This document shows positions 36,806-51,305 of a DNA stretch of 64,000 nucleotides, piece after piece. Each line of letters begins with the position of its first letter. The first letter of the stretch is position 1. The DNA is taken from NCBI RefSeq assembly GCF_009914755.1, contig NC_060928.1; one strand, 5' to 3'. Under the pieces are notes generated by a model, which had not been told where the DNA came from, ran no database searches, and saw nothing but the letters and a program-made list of their open reading frames with translations. The position numbers were made by a program, and so were the translations under genes. Origin of the DNA: the human T2T-CHM13v2.0 reference genome, Homo sapiens.

Positions 36806-37285
36806 TTTTAGTGGCCTAACATCTTTATAGACCCTGTCTCTATTTAGAGAAAATCTTTATTTTGAACCTTGCCTTACTAGGTTATAAGTCAGGAAATTGA
36901 TTTCCCTAGACTCCCTTCAAGCTCAGATTCAGAGTGGCGATGCTTGTTCTACTAGTCATATGTATTTAAATAAAATTTGGAGTAAAATAAAACAAAAAGT
37001 GATTTATCTTTGGAAAATGTGCTGATAGATATACTTGATTCTATGTAGAAGACAGGGACCATGCTTGTGTCCCAAACATTATGGTTACCATGTGAGAATG
37101 GTAAATGGATTTCTATAGAGAAACCCAATAGTGACATTGGCTGTAGATCTTGCCTGTATAAGCATAGGGCTTCAGAATCTGTCACCTCATCTTATTTAGT
37201 TCTATGAACAAGTTATAATCTTCCAACAAATTGCTTTTCTATTATTGTGGATTATGTTGTTTTAGATTAAGGCAGCCGGTGGTAT
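36806..37285 (+). mobile_element. LTR33-like ERV-L LTR (putative 3' LTR)
   Basis: 'atttccctagactcccttcaagctcag' and 'cttccaacaaattgcttttct' resemble LTR33 and the LTR at 32927. Confidence 0.45.
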
Positions 37286-37689
37286 GGATATCATTTTTCA
37301 ACACTCAAATTCAATTTGCCCCTAATATGTTTGTACTATATTCTTCTGAAAACTAACTCATCCTCATGAATTTACCAGTCTATTACCAGTCTGAAGACCA
37401 CCAAAAGTTTAGAGAAACAGGGTTTTAATTTTAAAATTCAATATTAACTTCATCTCTTTCTCTATTCCTGCATACTAGTTGATACAACTCGAAGCTCCCA
37501 CATGATTTTCCTACAAATGAGAAGACCATGTCAGGATAACTTAGGAAAGTGTTCCAGATTTTTCATACACGATGGTATCTAAAAATCCTCTCTATATTTG
37601 TAAATTATTACTGGGGTAGGTAAGTATGAGAGTAACATGTTCTAAAAACAAAACACAACATCAACAACAAAAACTTCTTAGGTTAAGTA

Positions 37690-37880
37690 ATATAACAGTA
37701 TAATAGTTTTGAGCTTTGGATTCAAAGACTAGAATTTATTGTCAATATCAATTCTGTTTCTTATTAAGTGTGCTTGGACAAGTTCTTTAAAGTCTTTATC
37801 AATATACTCATTAATCCAAAGATAGCAATAATATCAACCTTGTATGGTTGTCATGAGAATAATAAAATTCATAAATATAC
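37690..37880 (+). mobile_element. MIR SINE within L2-like sequence
   Basis: 'gagctttggattcaaagactag...ttggacaagttctttaa...ggttgtcatgagaat'. Confidence 0.7.
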
Positions 37881-38767
37881 CAGGCCATCTAATCTCTGAA
37901 ACCCGGAAATAATTTGATAGACACCTCTTTTCTAGCTCTTTGTGATCTTTATGTCCTTGGTCCTATTTCCAACAGCCTTCTCCAAAACTTCGTTAGCTCT
38001 ATACTGGACTATTGCAATTGACTGTAAATATTTTTTTTCCCCTTTTTGGTTTCTCTTCACTATTCAAATGATCATTTCTACTGTTGAAGAAAAATGATTA
38101 GCTGTAAGTGTAATTGTAATCATATTTATCCTGCTCAGTGTTTCCCCATTGTCTCACATAGAGTAGTCCATTTTTAATTTGTATTTCAATGATCTCCAAA
38201 GTATAGCCTCATTATAAATGTCCAGGTGCTTCTCTTACTGCTTCACTATACATGCCTTAAACTTACATTTGCCTCTACCCCCTGTGATTTTTCAAAGGGA
38301 CTGCAAAATTCTTTTCATTTTGTGCACTTCTTTAACTTCCATCTTTCCAGAGAGCTCTTAAGCTCTGTTTTTTCACAGCTTTTACCCATTGTTAAATGTA
38401 GACTTTCAGAAAACCTTCCCTAAATATCAAAACCCAATGACAACTTTTGTCTTGGTCTTATATTATGGGTGTGTGTGATTTTGATTGCTATATCCATTAT
38501 CTTGCTTATTTTACCTTAGCCTTCCATACAGAAGTAGATGTTGGATTCCTTAAATTCATAGACTTTCAGGATTAAAGAATACTTTGAAATTATCTAATCT
38601 TATGCCAAAGCAAACAATTTCTCAAATATTACCTTTAACCCTGAGTGCAGAGCTATTATGTAATCTAAATATAAAGCCTACCTCTGTATTTTTTCTGAAA
38701 AGTATGTCTTTGTCTGTTAAACAGAAAATCAACATTACAACTTTAACCTCACACTTAAGTCCTGTAT

Positions 38768-39461
<694 letters not shown>

Positions 39462-40714
39462 CATATTCGTTATATAGTCAGTTAAAACTAAGACATTAAA
39501 AAAAATACATATCCATCACTTTACTGGGTACTCAAAACGGTAGGTTTGTAGTGCTCAAGTGGGGAAATACAAAATTTCCCTGTTAAATAAAGACATTGGA
39601 GGTTCTTAAAACTAGAAAACAATTTTCAAATCATTTGGATGATAATAAATAAAACATTTATATATGAAGACATTACAACCAAATAAATATGATTTTAAGG
39701 ATTTTTGAGTTACATATCCTAAAATGTAGCTGTGAAATATTCTACTAACTATGTCAGTGGACTGAAGAGTATAGCGTAGATATAACTCAGGTGTTCAGAA
39801 AGGTCTCTCTAAGTTGTCACCACTGGTGCTATAGTGCATCTTTAATGTACTATAGTTACATAATTATTTGAAGGCTTGAGGAAAAATGTAATGGTATGTT
39901 GCCCAGTAAGTATTCTAAGCCACCTTAGATCCTTTGGTCTCAAAACTTCACTGTATTTATGACACTCAAACATCCTCTATTTGAAATATTTACTTACTCT
40001 GCCTGGTAAAAAACAATAAACCCCAGAATTTGCCATTATTTTTGAAGAGGACAATAATACAAATGCTTGCATTTGAGCTGGCATCGTTTCTGCCTCTGAT
40101 AAATTCCAAAGGCCCCTGGTTATTAGACCCTTAGAACTTCCCAGGATCCCATTTTCTAGGCCAAATTGCAAAGAAAACTCATAGAAATGGAAAATCATAA
40201 AAGAAATCACACTGTGCTGCCAATGTTCAATGGGAAAGAGTTGCTTGGCCAGCAGTCCAAAAACAGGAATGAGCATTTTACAATATTGTATGTGTGCTGT
40301 TCCCATCAATTTATATTGAGGACAACTGGAGGAAAAAGAAAAAATAAAATAAAACAGCAACTACAGCAGAGATGCAGGAAGCTAAACATTAAGAGCATGT
40401 CTAAAGGGCTGAATTGACTTAAAAGTGAATTTGAAGGACTTTAAATGGGGGCTTATTTAGCTAATATTTTAGAACATTTTAATTAAATCAGTGTGGTTCA
40501 GGGTTGAACTCTTCCCTAAGGATCCAAATTGGACACAGATAACTCATCAAATTGACACTCTGATTCTGTTTTCATTAATGAAAGCCTGTATATATGCTTT
40601 AACTGTGGCCAGATATTCCTTCTGGAAAAGTGCAATTTGGAGGGCAAAGTAGCATATTTAGTGCTTAAAGGTCTTCCATGTAAAATAATGACTTAATATT
40701 TTCTGCAAGACTCT

Positions 40715-40855
40715 AGAGAACAGATCTAGGACCAATGAACTGCACTCAGTGGGCAATCATGTTCAGCTTACATAGAAGATATACCCTTGGAATTGCTCAT
40801 TAACTGGAATAATGTGCCTTTCAAGGTCAGAAGCTCCCTGTCAAAGAGATGCTTA
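40715..40855 (+). mobile_element. L3/CR1 LINE 3' fragment
   Basis: 'cagatctaggaccaatg...ttcagctttacatagaag...tggaataatgtgcct...agctccctgtca' resembles the L3 consensus. Confidence 0.55.
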
Positions 40856-42104
40856 GTATGTGTAAAATTTTTCTATTTTTTAATTATTTGAGGACATGTA
40901 AAATTATGTCAAAATTTCAATGATCTTAACTATTTTACTTTATATTTGATAGGATTGAGCTAAACGTGTATACTTTTAATGGATGCTAAGAACATTCTAA
41001 CTTCACAAGCATCAAATACTACCTTAGTAATATTAAATAGATCAATTTTAATGCAATTTTCTTGCATTTATACTAAACAGGGAATACAATTTGAATAATG
41101 TCATTTCCATGCATTAATTTCAATATGATTAAGAGAGGATGGAGACCACTATGTTAAAGAAATTGTTTTCATATGTTAATTTGTTATGGTATTGTATGTG
41201 TTTTCAATTGTCTTCTGATGCACTCACACACACATATATATAATGTAGTGCTTTTATATTAGTGAATATAGTTCATCATGGAGCCCTTTAACAAGAGGGG
41301 TTGAAGAAAGCTAAAAAGAATAAACTGAACAATAACAAGGCAATTACTAAAGGTTATTTTTTTCTCCTTGGACTTCAGATTTTTTGTTGTTGTTTCAATA
41401 GGAAGTTATTTCCCTTAGAGCTCAATTTCTCCTTTAACTTGGTGATTCTTTGATATCCTAGAACTGGATTCCATTTTTGTGTGACTCTTCATAGAATTGC
41501 ATAAGATGAGAGAAGCATACATTTGATTTGTCCATGAACTGGTTTTCATCAAAGGAGAATGACCGATGCATTTACTAAAAGAGTCAGAAAAAACTTTGAT
41601 CAGAAGACCAAAGAAATAGGAAAGATTAAGTATAGACAGACTTGCCTCGAGAGGAAAAATTCTGACTGAAACAGCAGAATTCTCACACTGTTGTGGATAC
41701 TTTGCCCTGATCAAGTTATTCATTTTTATGTGTTGAAATAGGTAGGGATAGAAAAATGAAAGATTTGAAATGATTAGATATTTTTGGTGAATCTAAGTGA
41801 GATAAAAGACAGTGATACTGGTCTAGTCAACAGGGAATAAAACTTAAGAACTGGAGAAATTATGTCTGTTTGTGGCTTCTCCATATTTCCATTACTTGCA
41901 ATCATTTCTTTGCAACAAGTTTTTCAACAACTTTTCAGCGATTTTTTAAAAATGTAAAAGTTGACTTTATGTTTTCATAGTGATAGCTTCCATCAACAAA
42001 TCTGGCAGGGAATTGTTTGCATAGGGTAAAACTTAATGAAAGAGAAAAAGAATACTTTTTGAATGGTAGAATCTTTGCAAACAATATAATATTTATTTAT
42101 TTAT

Positions 42105-42347
42105 TCACTTATTTAACAAGCACTTCCATAGATTATATTTAGAAGCAAACATATTTCAGTATGTCCTGACAAAGATAATGCACGTAATACTCCTAATGTC
42201 ACTATATGGTAGATATGTTCAGTCCCACTTCATAGACAAGAAAGCAAAGCCACAAAATGATAAATAACTTGCCCAAATTCCAAGGATAATAAATGGTGAC
42301 ACAGGCAATTTGATTCCAGGATCTTACCTCTTAACCACTACACTACG
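42105..42347 (-). mobile_element. MIR SINE
   Basis: 'cccacttcatagacaagaaagc...aaataacttgcccaa...ctcttaaccactacac'. Confidence 0.75.
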
Positions 42348-42624
42348 TTCTTTTATAATACTTAAGTACACATTGAATTTTGTTGAAACTTGTTAAAAAT
42401 CCAAAATAATGTCTACTCACCACCATTGGTTATAGAAATTTCAAGCTACTTCACAAGTTAGCTGTAACTCCACTTGATGTCTCAATGTTGTTGCATTAAA
42501 GACATCAACATCAATCATCTTTTTGAAAGATTTTTGTGGAAATCATCCGACATACTGGGATAAAAAGCCAAACTGAGGTAGAAACAGAGGTCGGAATGTG
42601 ATTTAAAAAAAAATAATTCATAGT

Positions 42625-42751
42625 GGCCAGGCATGCATGGTGACTCACACCTGTAATCTTAGCACTTTGGCTGAAGCAGGAGGATTGCCTGGATCCAGGA
42701 GTTTGAGACTAGCTGGGACAACAGAGTGAGAACCTATCTTTATTAAAAAAA
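42625..42751 (+). mobile_element. FLAM_C Alu monomer with TA-rich tail
   Basis: 'ggccaggcatgcatggtgactcacacctgtaatc...ccaggagtttgagactagc'. Confidence 0.88.
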
Positions 42752-43521
42752 TATATATATCTATAATTAAATATATATATAATTAAATATATACATATGT
42801 AAATATTTCTAGGAACTCACTTTCATAGGCTGTTAGAATTATTGATTCATTCTATCCATACAGACTATAGATTACTTATATTGTTCATGTTTCTGATTTT
42901 GCTGTAGGTGGTACAATAAGTAATTCTTGAAGAATTTATAGACTGGCTGGGGAAAACAGCATTAAAATACTTGAAAAGTTAAATACTAACACAAGCAATG
43001 GAAAAGTACAGTGTGATTTACAAAACTTATACTTGGTTTGAATTTTCATGAATTTCCTACTGATCTATAGAAATATATTACATGCTATATCCTGTGATAT
43101 AATATTTAGATGTATTTGTGGAATGGCTTATGTTTGCATTAAATTTATCGTGTACATAAGTAAAAAGTTTCAAATGATTGGAATCACTTTTCTGGGAAAA
43201 TTCATTAATTTTAGAATGTTATTGTGAAATGTTTCTGTGGTACATAAATGCTGAAGATATAACTTTGAAATTAAATTACCAACATAGTCACTTTCAGTTA
43301 TCAAATTAAGTTTGAGACTCTGTTTATAATACACTCATTATCTGAACCTGGAATAAATTAAAGAAGAAATATGAGAATTCAGAGAAGTTCAAAGTAAATT
43401 TCATGTTTGTATAGAAGCTGAAGATAAACATTTTACATTTTATTTACCTAATTTATGTACTAAAAGTTTCTTACTTGATTTTTATCAAGTAACGTGCATT
43501 ATTTACTGTATTTTTGTATCT

Positions 43522-43926
43522 TTTATTAGTTTTCTGTGTCAGCCATAACAAAGTATTACAAACTGGATGGCTTAAAAAACCGAGATTTATGTTCTCATAG
43601 TTCTAAAGGCTAGAAGAGCGAGATAGAGGTGTTGTCAGAGTTCAGTTTCTTTTGAGGTCTCTCTCCATGGCTTGCAGATACTTAGGGCGGTGTTCTCACA
43701 TGATCTTTCTTCTGGTTCTGCACATCCTTGGTTCTGTTTGTACATCCAAATTCCCTCTTAATATAAGGACACCAGTCAGAATAGATTAGGGTTCAACCTA
43801 ATGGTCTTATTTTTAATTGAATTGCCTCTTTAAAGGTCTTATCTCTAAATACAGTCATATTCGGAGGTTCCAGAAATTAGGGCTTCAACATAGAAATTTT
43901 GGAGGGACAAAATTCAGCCCACAACA
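43522..43926 (-). mobile_element. MLT1A0/B MaLR solo LTR
   Basis: 'gccataacaaagta...tataaggacaccagtca...aaatacagtcatattc...agggcttcaacata...aattcagcccacaaca'. Confidence 0.9.
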
Positions 43927-45029
43927 CACATCATATACACTCAAGGCTTTAGTAGATTCTGCTGACAATGCATATAAAAAAGAATACATTAATTGGGCTT
44001 TGCATGGTATAATGTAATACAGTGTTACGATATAATGTAACGTAAAACAATCACGTATTAATTGTAAATCACATCAATAATGACTGAGTGAAAGAATTTG
44101 TAGGACATAACAGTACCTTGTGGATTTGGGCTATTCTTTCACCTGTGGCATGAAATTGCACATGGTTTTATGGAAAAATGTTTTCCAGCTTGACCTATGG
44201 CCACAGAAACCTAAAGAAAAGAAAAAAAATCTTTATTAAAGCAGAACAGGTTTTAGTTATGTATGAAGAAGAGTAACAAGTGAAAAAATACTGGCAGGAT
44301 TACTGGAGAAGTTTTGCAACTTTTAGCTTACTTTTTGAAAAAAGATTATAACAAAACCTATAACCAGGAGGCTTTACAAGTTTATGAGACTTACAGATTA
44401 TCTTTTCTACCACTCTTTTAGACACTTTGAACATTCGATTGCATGAATAGTAATGTCTACCAGCAACCCTCTGCATTTGGACATTATCAAGTCAATGTTT
44501 GATTAACGCAAAAGCATACCAACCAATATGCCATTTGAGTTTCTTCTGATCTTATCTATTCTTTATATTGCCAGTGAAATAACTAACCTGTTCAGGAAAT
44601 TTCAAAGACTCAGTTTCCATGGCTGGGGCTGAACTCAACAAAGCACTTAGCTGTCTCTGTTACATATCTCTACTTTATCTCTCATTAACTTAGAAGTCTA
44701 ATTCCAACTTCTGTCAATTCAACAACTTCAGTGCTGCTGAAGCAAATAATATTTAGTTTGTCTTTTTGTGTTTCTTTTCTGGAACCTCCACATTTTAATG
44801 TATTCTTTATTGCCTACACTAATTCTATCTATATTTTAAGATACAGTGCAAACCACATCTTTTTCAACACATTTTCTTAGATTGCATTTATCTGTGGGCA
44901 TATCCTACTTATAGATCTCATTTTATGATATTTTACTTTGCTGCGCATATTAACACTTATTTTTTACTATTTTATATTACTTAAGAGTTTATCTTAGTTC
45001 ATCTCTGAATTATTAAAATAGTTCAAAAT

Positions 45030-45220
45030 TTGAAAAAAGTAGACTTCAAAGACACACAGCCAGGAGTTGTGATATTATCCCTGTCAATTGTGAATAATTT
45101 TGGGACATTCACTTAATCTCTCTAAACTGAAGTGTCCTCATAGCGACAATTTAGTGAATAATGTCTGTTTCATATGATTGATTAAATATATGTCATCACA
45201 TAATACCTACCAGGCAGTAG
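45030..45220 (+). mobile_element. MIR fragment
   Basis: 'ttgggacattcacttaatctctctaaactgaagtgtcctcat'. Confidence 0.5.
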
Positions 45221-45739
45221 TATTCTTTTCTGTCCTCATTTTTCCATTTCTTTGGCATTCTTCACATTTCCCAGGATTTTATTTAGTTTTTTTATCCAAC
45301 ATGGAGCAGACACTCCAAACTTCTTTTTTTTTTTTTTTGTTGTCAATCTACTCTAGGTATTTCATTCAGAAAGGGATTTAATATAGGAAATTTATTATGG
45401 AAGTGTTAGAAAGTAGAAGGACTTCAGGAACAAAAATGAATAAAAAGAAGGGCAATGTTACTCAGAGTATAATAAGAGCAAATAGTTATTACTATCCCCT
45501 AGGCAGAAGTAAATGAGAAAAAAGCAATATTATCTGTGGATCACTAATTATAAGAAGCTGTCATTGCTCATGGGGCTGAGGTAAGGATGAGAGAATGTGG
45601 TATTTCTGGGAAAATAACCCACATTTCTTCTAATGCTGAAGAAATCTCCTACTGACAGTAATTAATCACAGTCGAGATGGAAACGGATCAGGTGAAGTTT
45701 AATTTTCAGGCTTTCAGTCTTGTAGGCATAGCACTATGC

Positions 45740-48320
45740 TTGTCAGCATTTTTAGGTTATTCTACAGCAGCAAACAGCCACAGGATATTTGCGGTTTATA
45801 GCTATGCTATATTTCTATCTCTGTTACATGTTGGCAGCTTCAATGTAGTTGAAGGTCTTCTCCATGTGTCTTCTTTTTCAGGCTGCAGGAGTAACATATT
45901 TTGGATATACCATTTTCAGTACAGAGTAAAAGAGCAAGACTGCTGATAGAAACACACACAATGGCTTTTAAAGTTTCTGCTTTGAACTGGCCTTTGTCAT
46001 TTCAACTCACAGTGTGGCTGGTTGAGTTTCATAAAGGAAGGGTATAGAATTTACCCTTTTATGGGAAAAGATGTAAGCTCCTCTCATAAATAGAGGAAAA
46101 TGTATTTGAGAACAAAAATGTTATGCACCACAATGCATTTTCCTGGTCACAAATACTCACTTGCCTTCTTTCTCCCTCTTTATGCAAAATTCAACACAGT
46201 TTTTTTCATGTAAAGGACAGTGTAAAACCTCCATTCAAGCTCAGCAATGAATGACCCAAGGTCTTCATATAGCCTCTACATGGAGTACATTTTGGTTAAG
46301 AAACTAAAATTTTAAAGGAAAAAAAAAATGAGATTCTGTCTTCCAAATGCCCAAGGCTTAGTGATTAAACAGAGATAAAATGGCAATAATAATTACTCCA
46401 ATTCAGAAGCAGCAAGAACTGAAAACAGATATCAGATACTTGTTAGTAGAAATTATAAAATATTGCTCTTAATATAGCCCCTAACTTTGAAGTAGGGAAT
46501 GTTCCCAATTGAGCCTTAGTTCTAGTTCATGAGAGTTGCTTCTTCCTTGATTCTTGGCTCTTGACTCCACTCTCTGAAAAATTCTTCCTTTTCCATTATC
46601 CTTCCTGGTCATATACAAAGAGGACATTAAATTACATGACTTCTTTAGAACCTGAGAGATTTTTTCCCACCTTCATTCTGCCATGGAAATTTGACAGCCC
46701 AAAGTTTATTGTACACCTTGAACAGCCACAATATCTTTTAATTTAAGCTAGTAGCTTTTTTGGCAGTGCAACTCACTCAAAAACTCTGCCAACAAAGTAT
46801 TTATTTGATTCTAGTCAGGGTAATTGTGCTAATAGCTTGACTCACAATTCTTTCTGAGCTATGCTTCTCCCTCTAAACTGAGATACAGGCCATTTGAGTT
46901 GGCCAGTTGTTAGGGGAGAACACCATACCATCAGTCTCTTTATCCTGAGACATTTTGTCCATTGAAAAGAATTTCTAGGGTAAATTAAGGGTGCTACGCT
47001 TGTTTTATTAAACAAAGGTTACTGATAGTTACCTACTGGATTTGGTCTTTGCTCTGTGGCTGAACCTTAATTTATTTTTTAGCTATTCCATCCCTCACCT
47101 TTTAAGTCCTAAAATTTCTGGAGTCTCCCTTCTCCATCTTCAGCCAACACTTTTCTAAGCCAAATTAGTTCCTGTAGCAGTTGGTCAAATGTAGCTAATG
47201 TCAAAGAAAAATATCACCAGATGGAGTTAAACAGGCAAGAATATATCAGTTGAGGCTATTGCAATAGGGAGAGATACTGAACACAACTCAGCTGGAAAAC
47301 AGGCAGGAGAATTTTTAAACACTAGGGTAAGTGGAAGAGTTTTGGAAGACATTGTTGGGAGGTTGGTCAATGTAATTAAGACTACTGTGTTTGCTCATTG
47401 GCACCTATATTCCTATAGAGACTGGGAAACAGGAGCTGTATGTTTGTTGATGATTGCACATGTCAAAAGAATGGCTTCCAGGTCCTTGGAAAAGAGGTTC
47501 CTGGGCCATAGAAGATGTGCATCACAAAGGGGCAGAGAAAGAATGTACAATTGCAAGTCTTCTAAAGTAAATGCTTTAAGAGAAGGAAGGTCAGGAACTT
47601 ATAGTCAGAAAGAAACCTATCTAAAGTTTAGTCAAGATTAGGGGAATGTTAAGGCTGTCTTGGTCACTAAAAACAATTGTCTCCTCAGTAACATTACTTA
47701 TTCCAACCTTCATCTGATGAAATCTACAACACATTCAGCACATTATTTGCCTTACAATCATCATAGGTAAAAATTTTACAAAATATTTTGCATCTTTAAC
47801 TCATGATGTGGCTGCTTTTTAAAGATTCAATAACAGTTCTGAACTTACCTCCTCCCCTAGCCCCAAAAGCCAGTGTCACATATTTTAGAGGGATATTATG
47901 AAAAAATCTCATTTCAGTGTCAATTTTATAAGATTTTACTTCAGTTACCACCTGAACATCTCCATGGCTTATACACTGTTTTATTTCTCACTCATATTGC
48001 ATATTGAAGCTAAATGTTGCATGTGTCTTCTTTCCATAGAGCTTCTATTCTGGAACTTGATATGAAAGAACAGGCTGTATTTGAGACACACTATTCTCAT
48101 GGCAGATGATGAAAACAAGAGTAAGCAATAATATATAACAGCTAGTTAAACTACTGCTTGGAATTTACTTGCATCACTTCTGCGCACATTTTATTGACCA
48201 GAGAAAGTCAAATGGTCACACAGCTGACAATGGAGTCATGAAATAAATTCCTGCCATAGGATGGCCCCACAAGTCACATGGTCAAGAGAACGATGCAAAT
48301 TTCTCTTACGGAGTAGGAGG
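45740..48320 (-). mobile_element. Old MLT1 (I/J-like) MaLR element with two LTRs (~45740-46133 and ~47926-48320) and internal sequence
   Basis: Two mutually similar LTR-like blocks ('catgtgtcttcttt', 'ctgctt(t/g)gaa', 'tcatttc..ctcaca' / 'tcacttctgcgcaca'). The internal end 'ccaaaagccagtgtcacatattttag...caattt' resembles the MLT-int boundary. Confidence 0.65.
47199..47666 (-). mobile_element. MER67-like ERV1-class solo LTR nested in MLT1 internal sequence
   Basis: TG...CA termini ('tgtcaaagaaaa'...'aatgttaaggctgtcttggtca') and a perfect 4-bp TSD CTAA (47195-47198, 47667-47670). Confidence 0.85.
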
Positions 48321-51059
48321 CTCCTCTTCAGAGACTTTCAGAACTAAAATGCAACCAATTATAAGAGCACACTGTTGGAAGGGGCATGAGGGCCTGAGAA
48401 CCAACAGATGATAACCTGTATTTGATTTTTAAAACTTTGTACCAAATTTGTCTTACCAATATTGATTGCTTTGCAGATTGCTTCTGCAAAACTCCATGTG
48501 ATTTTGTAATTGGAAAACATTTGGGAAATCAATTTTTCAGTGAGTAGTTTAATGTGTAAGTTCATTTGAGTGAGGTCTTGGTCAAGTGGCAGTCAGTTGA
48601 ATGAACTGGAAAAGATCGCAGAATAGTATTTGGCTCAAGCCAATTCATTTTATTTTACTGCTTTCATCTCTGGGTTCATAAATATTCATGACATTTGAAC
48701 ATGGAAGGGAAATAGGTTCTACACAGCTTGTTTTATAAAGTGGTACTTCCAAATTTTTTCAAATAAAAACAGACAAAAGATGCAATTGCATTTAGATCCA
48801 TGCCAGTTATTTCAACAGAAAAAAAATTAAGAGAATGTAAGATTATACTTCACTTAGGTTTAAAGAAAATAAGAGAAAAATTACCTCTCTATGATGTCAA
48901 TTTCAAGCTACTCTCACACAAATCCCAATATCAAAATTGGGTTAAGCTTCACCATCGGGGTAGTGGAGTTGTGGCAGACTACGTTAGATGGTAAGGTGCT
49001 GGTCAAAGGCCAAAAATAAAGGTGCACTATTTTTCTAGTCTGTATCTAGAGCTGTCTGAATTAGGAAAGTGATTAGAGTCACCACTCTGGGGAGTTGTGC
49101 CACAGTCATTGAGAAATAGAGGAAAAGCAAAATAGATCACCAAAGAAGGTAGTCACAGAAAGCAAGAGATCTAGTAGGAATTCGGGGTTCAAAGATGGTA
49201 AAAGTCACAATTTGGAAGCAATAGGTTGCAATAGTAATTTTACAATTTTACAGTGTTTGTATGGATTCACTGATGTGATTTTCTAAGTCACCTGTTTGAA
49301 AATGACACATTGAGTTCTTCAATAAACCTCGACTCTCAGCCTCATATAACATACTCAACAGCTAAAATGCGGTTCATATTTTGAGGTCTATCTCAGAATA
49401 GCAGAGCGTATATTTAGCCTATTTCCCTACTGGTGGTTTTTAAAGTATTAAAATAGTTTTTAAATATTGAAATGTTTTTATGCTAGTTGGTAAATCGTCA
49501 CTAGCTGAACTGCTTGAACATCCCTTCCTTTCTGGATTTTTGCAGCCCCTCCCTCCGGTTTCTCAGTCATTGTCGTGATAGACTAAAGAATGAATGCTTG
49601 ACACGGGGCACGATGTGGGGACATCCAAGCTTCTGCTTTGGAGCTATGGCTGGTTGTTATTATTTTATTATCAATCTCTTCTATTGATGTCTGTAATGTA
49701 CTATGTAGTGATTATTAAGTTTGGTCCCTTCAAATCATAAGTCACAATCACTCCTTATATCTGTCATGCTCACTAGTCATATTTTAAAAAAACACACATT
49801 TAAAACACTGTTAGAGTCTTACTGATTTATGTACATATGATACGTATGTAGCTCCTGTAGGACTGTACATTTTTTAGGACAGCATTCATAAGTGATTTGC
49901 CTTTTAGTTTTCTCATGGGTTATACAATACTGATCACTTATCTGCTTATTAAATATTTTCTGGTTGAAAAATGAATTCCAAATATTGATAACTGGTGACA
50001 TTGTTGCTTTAGCTACTTAGCTGAAAGGCTGCTCACAATATCCTTAATTTGTTAATATAAATGCCATGATGTAAATCATTTCAAAAAAGGAGAGAATAAT
50101 CACAAATAAAAAAACTAGACAAATGCAATGCATCTTTTTACAAAATAGGCTAGCTAGTTCTAGAAGTTGGTTGCCATCCCTTGAAGTTAAATGGCAGTCA
50201 GTTAGTGAACAGAAAATTTGTGTATATGGAGAACCCCTACATCAAATATTCCATTATTTGAAAAATATAAATATTTTTACTGCCTATTGAGGTGTTCATT
50301 CTTTTAGAAAAGAAGAAAATCTTTGTATTATATCATGAGGAATATTTATTATTTATTGTTATACATAAACTTTAAAATTCTAACCAAATATTCATTGTTA
50401 TATTATCATAATTATAGTAGAACTATTTCTGTATAGTATATAGTTGTGGGTATACCAATTCTATGCATAGTAAAATTAAGTATATTGGTGCAAAAAATAA
50501 TATTTTGCTTCTTGTACATAAGTCTTAGTCATATTTACTTTTTAAAATATTGGCATTGCAAATTTTGCAGTCCCTTTTGTAAAGAACTATCCTGGAAGGA
50601 ATTGTCAGACACTTACATGCTGCATTTGCTGGTTAGTAGTGGTTGGAAAATCATTCTTCTTGGCAGGGAAGCTAGAGGGAAATACAAAATTAGTATGTTT
50701 GAATATTTTAACATGCCCCAAACCTCTGTGTTTTTTCACTCTTTCTCTCCCTGTCTCTTTTTATCCCTCTTTTACTTTCACTTTCTCTTTAACAGAGAAA
50801 TATAGGGATAAACATTATATCATGTGTGCGTTATACATTAATGATTGCCACATGAAGATCCCCCCACACACATATGTAAAACAAACAAACAAAACCATTG
50901 TTTGCACACACTTGAAAACAATAAGGAAGCTACAAACATCCTAAGAGTTCTTAGTCATACTATGAATTGTTTATGGGTTGAGCAATTGCTTCATCTGAAT
51001 TTTTTTTCTCTGAAAATATATTGGTTTTAAGCTATTTGCTTATTTTGTATTGGGTGTCT

Positions 51060-51305
51060 AATAATAATAATATAGTAAACATTTATTTAGAACTTACCAA
51101 ATGCCATACTATCAGCATATTTTATCTTTATGATAATCTTATCACACAATGAGCCATAATTATCCTCATTCTATAGATGAGGACAATTAAAGGAAGAGTT
51201 TGAGCGATTTGCTAAAGGTCTTACAGCTGAGAAGGGGCAGCACTGTGATTTAGAGCCACAAATTTTCAGCTCTAGAGTCCATGATTTTCAGAGCTACAAT
51301 ATACT
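51060..51305 (-). mobile_element. MIR SINE
   Basis: 'aacatttatttagaacttacc...attatcctcattctatagatgagga...aaggtcttacagct...ctctagagtccat'. Confidence 0.85.

Noticed and set aside
42474-42508. Imperfect hairpin ttgatgtctcaatg...cattaaagacatcaa
   Set aside because: Short, AT-rich and imperfect, with no supporting context.
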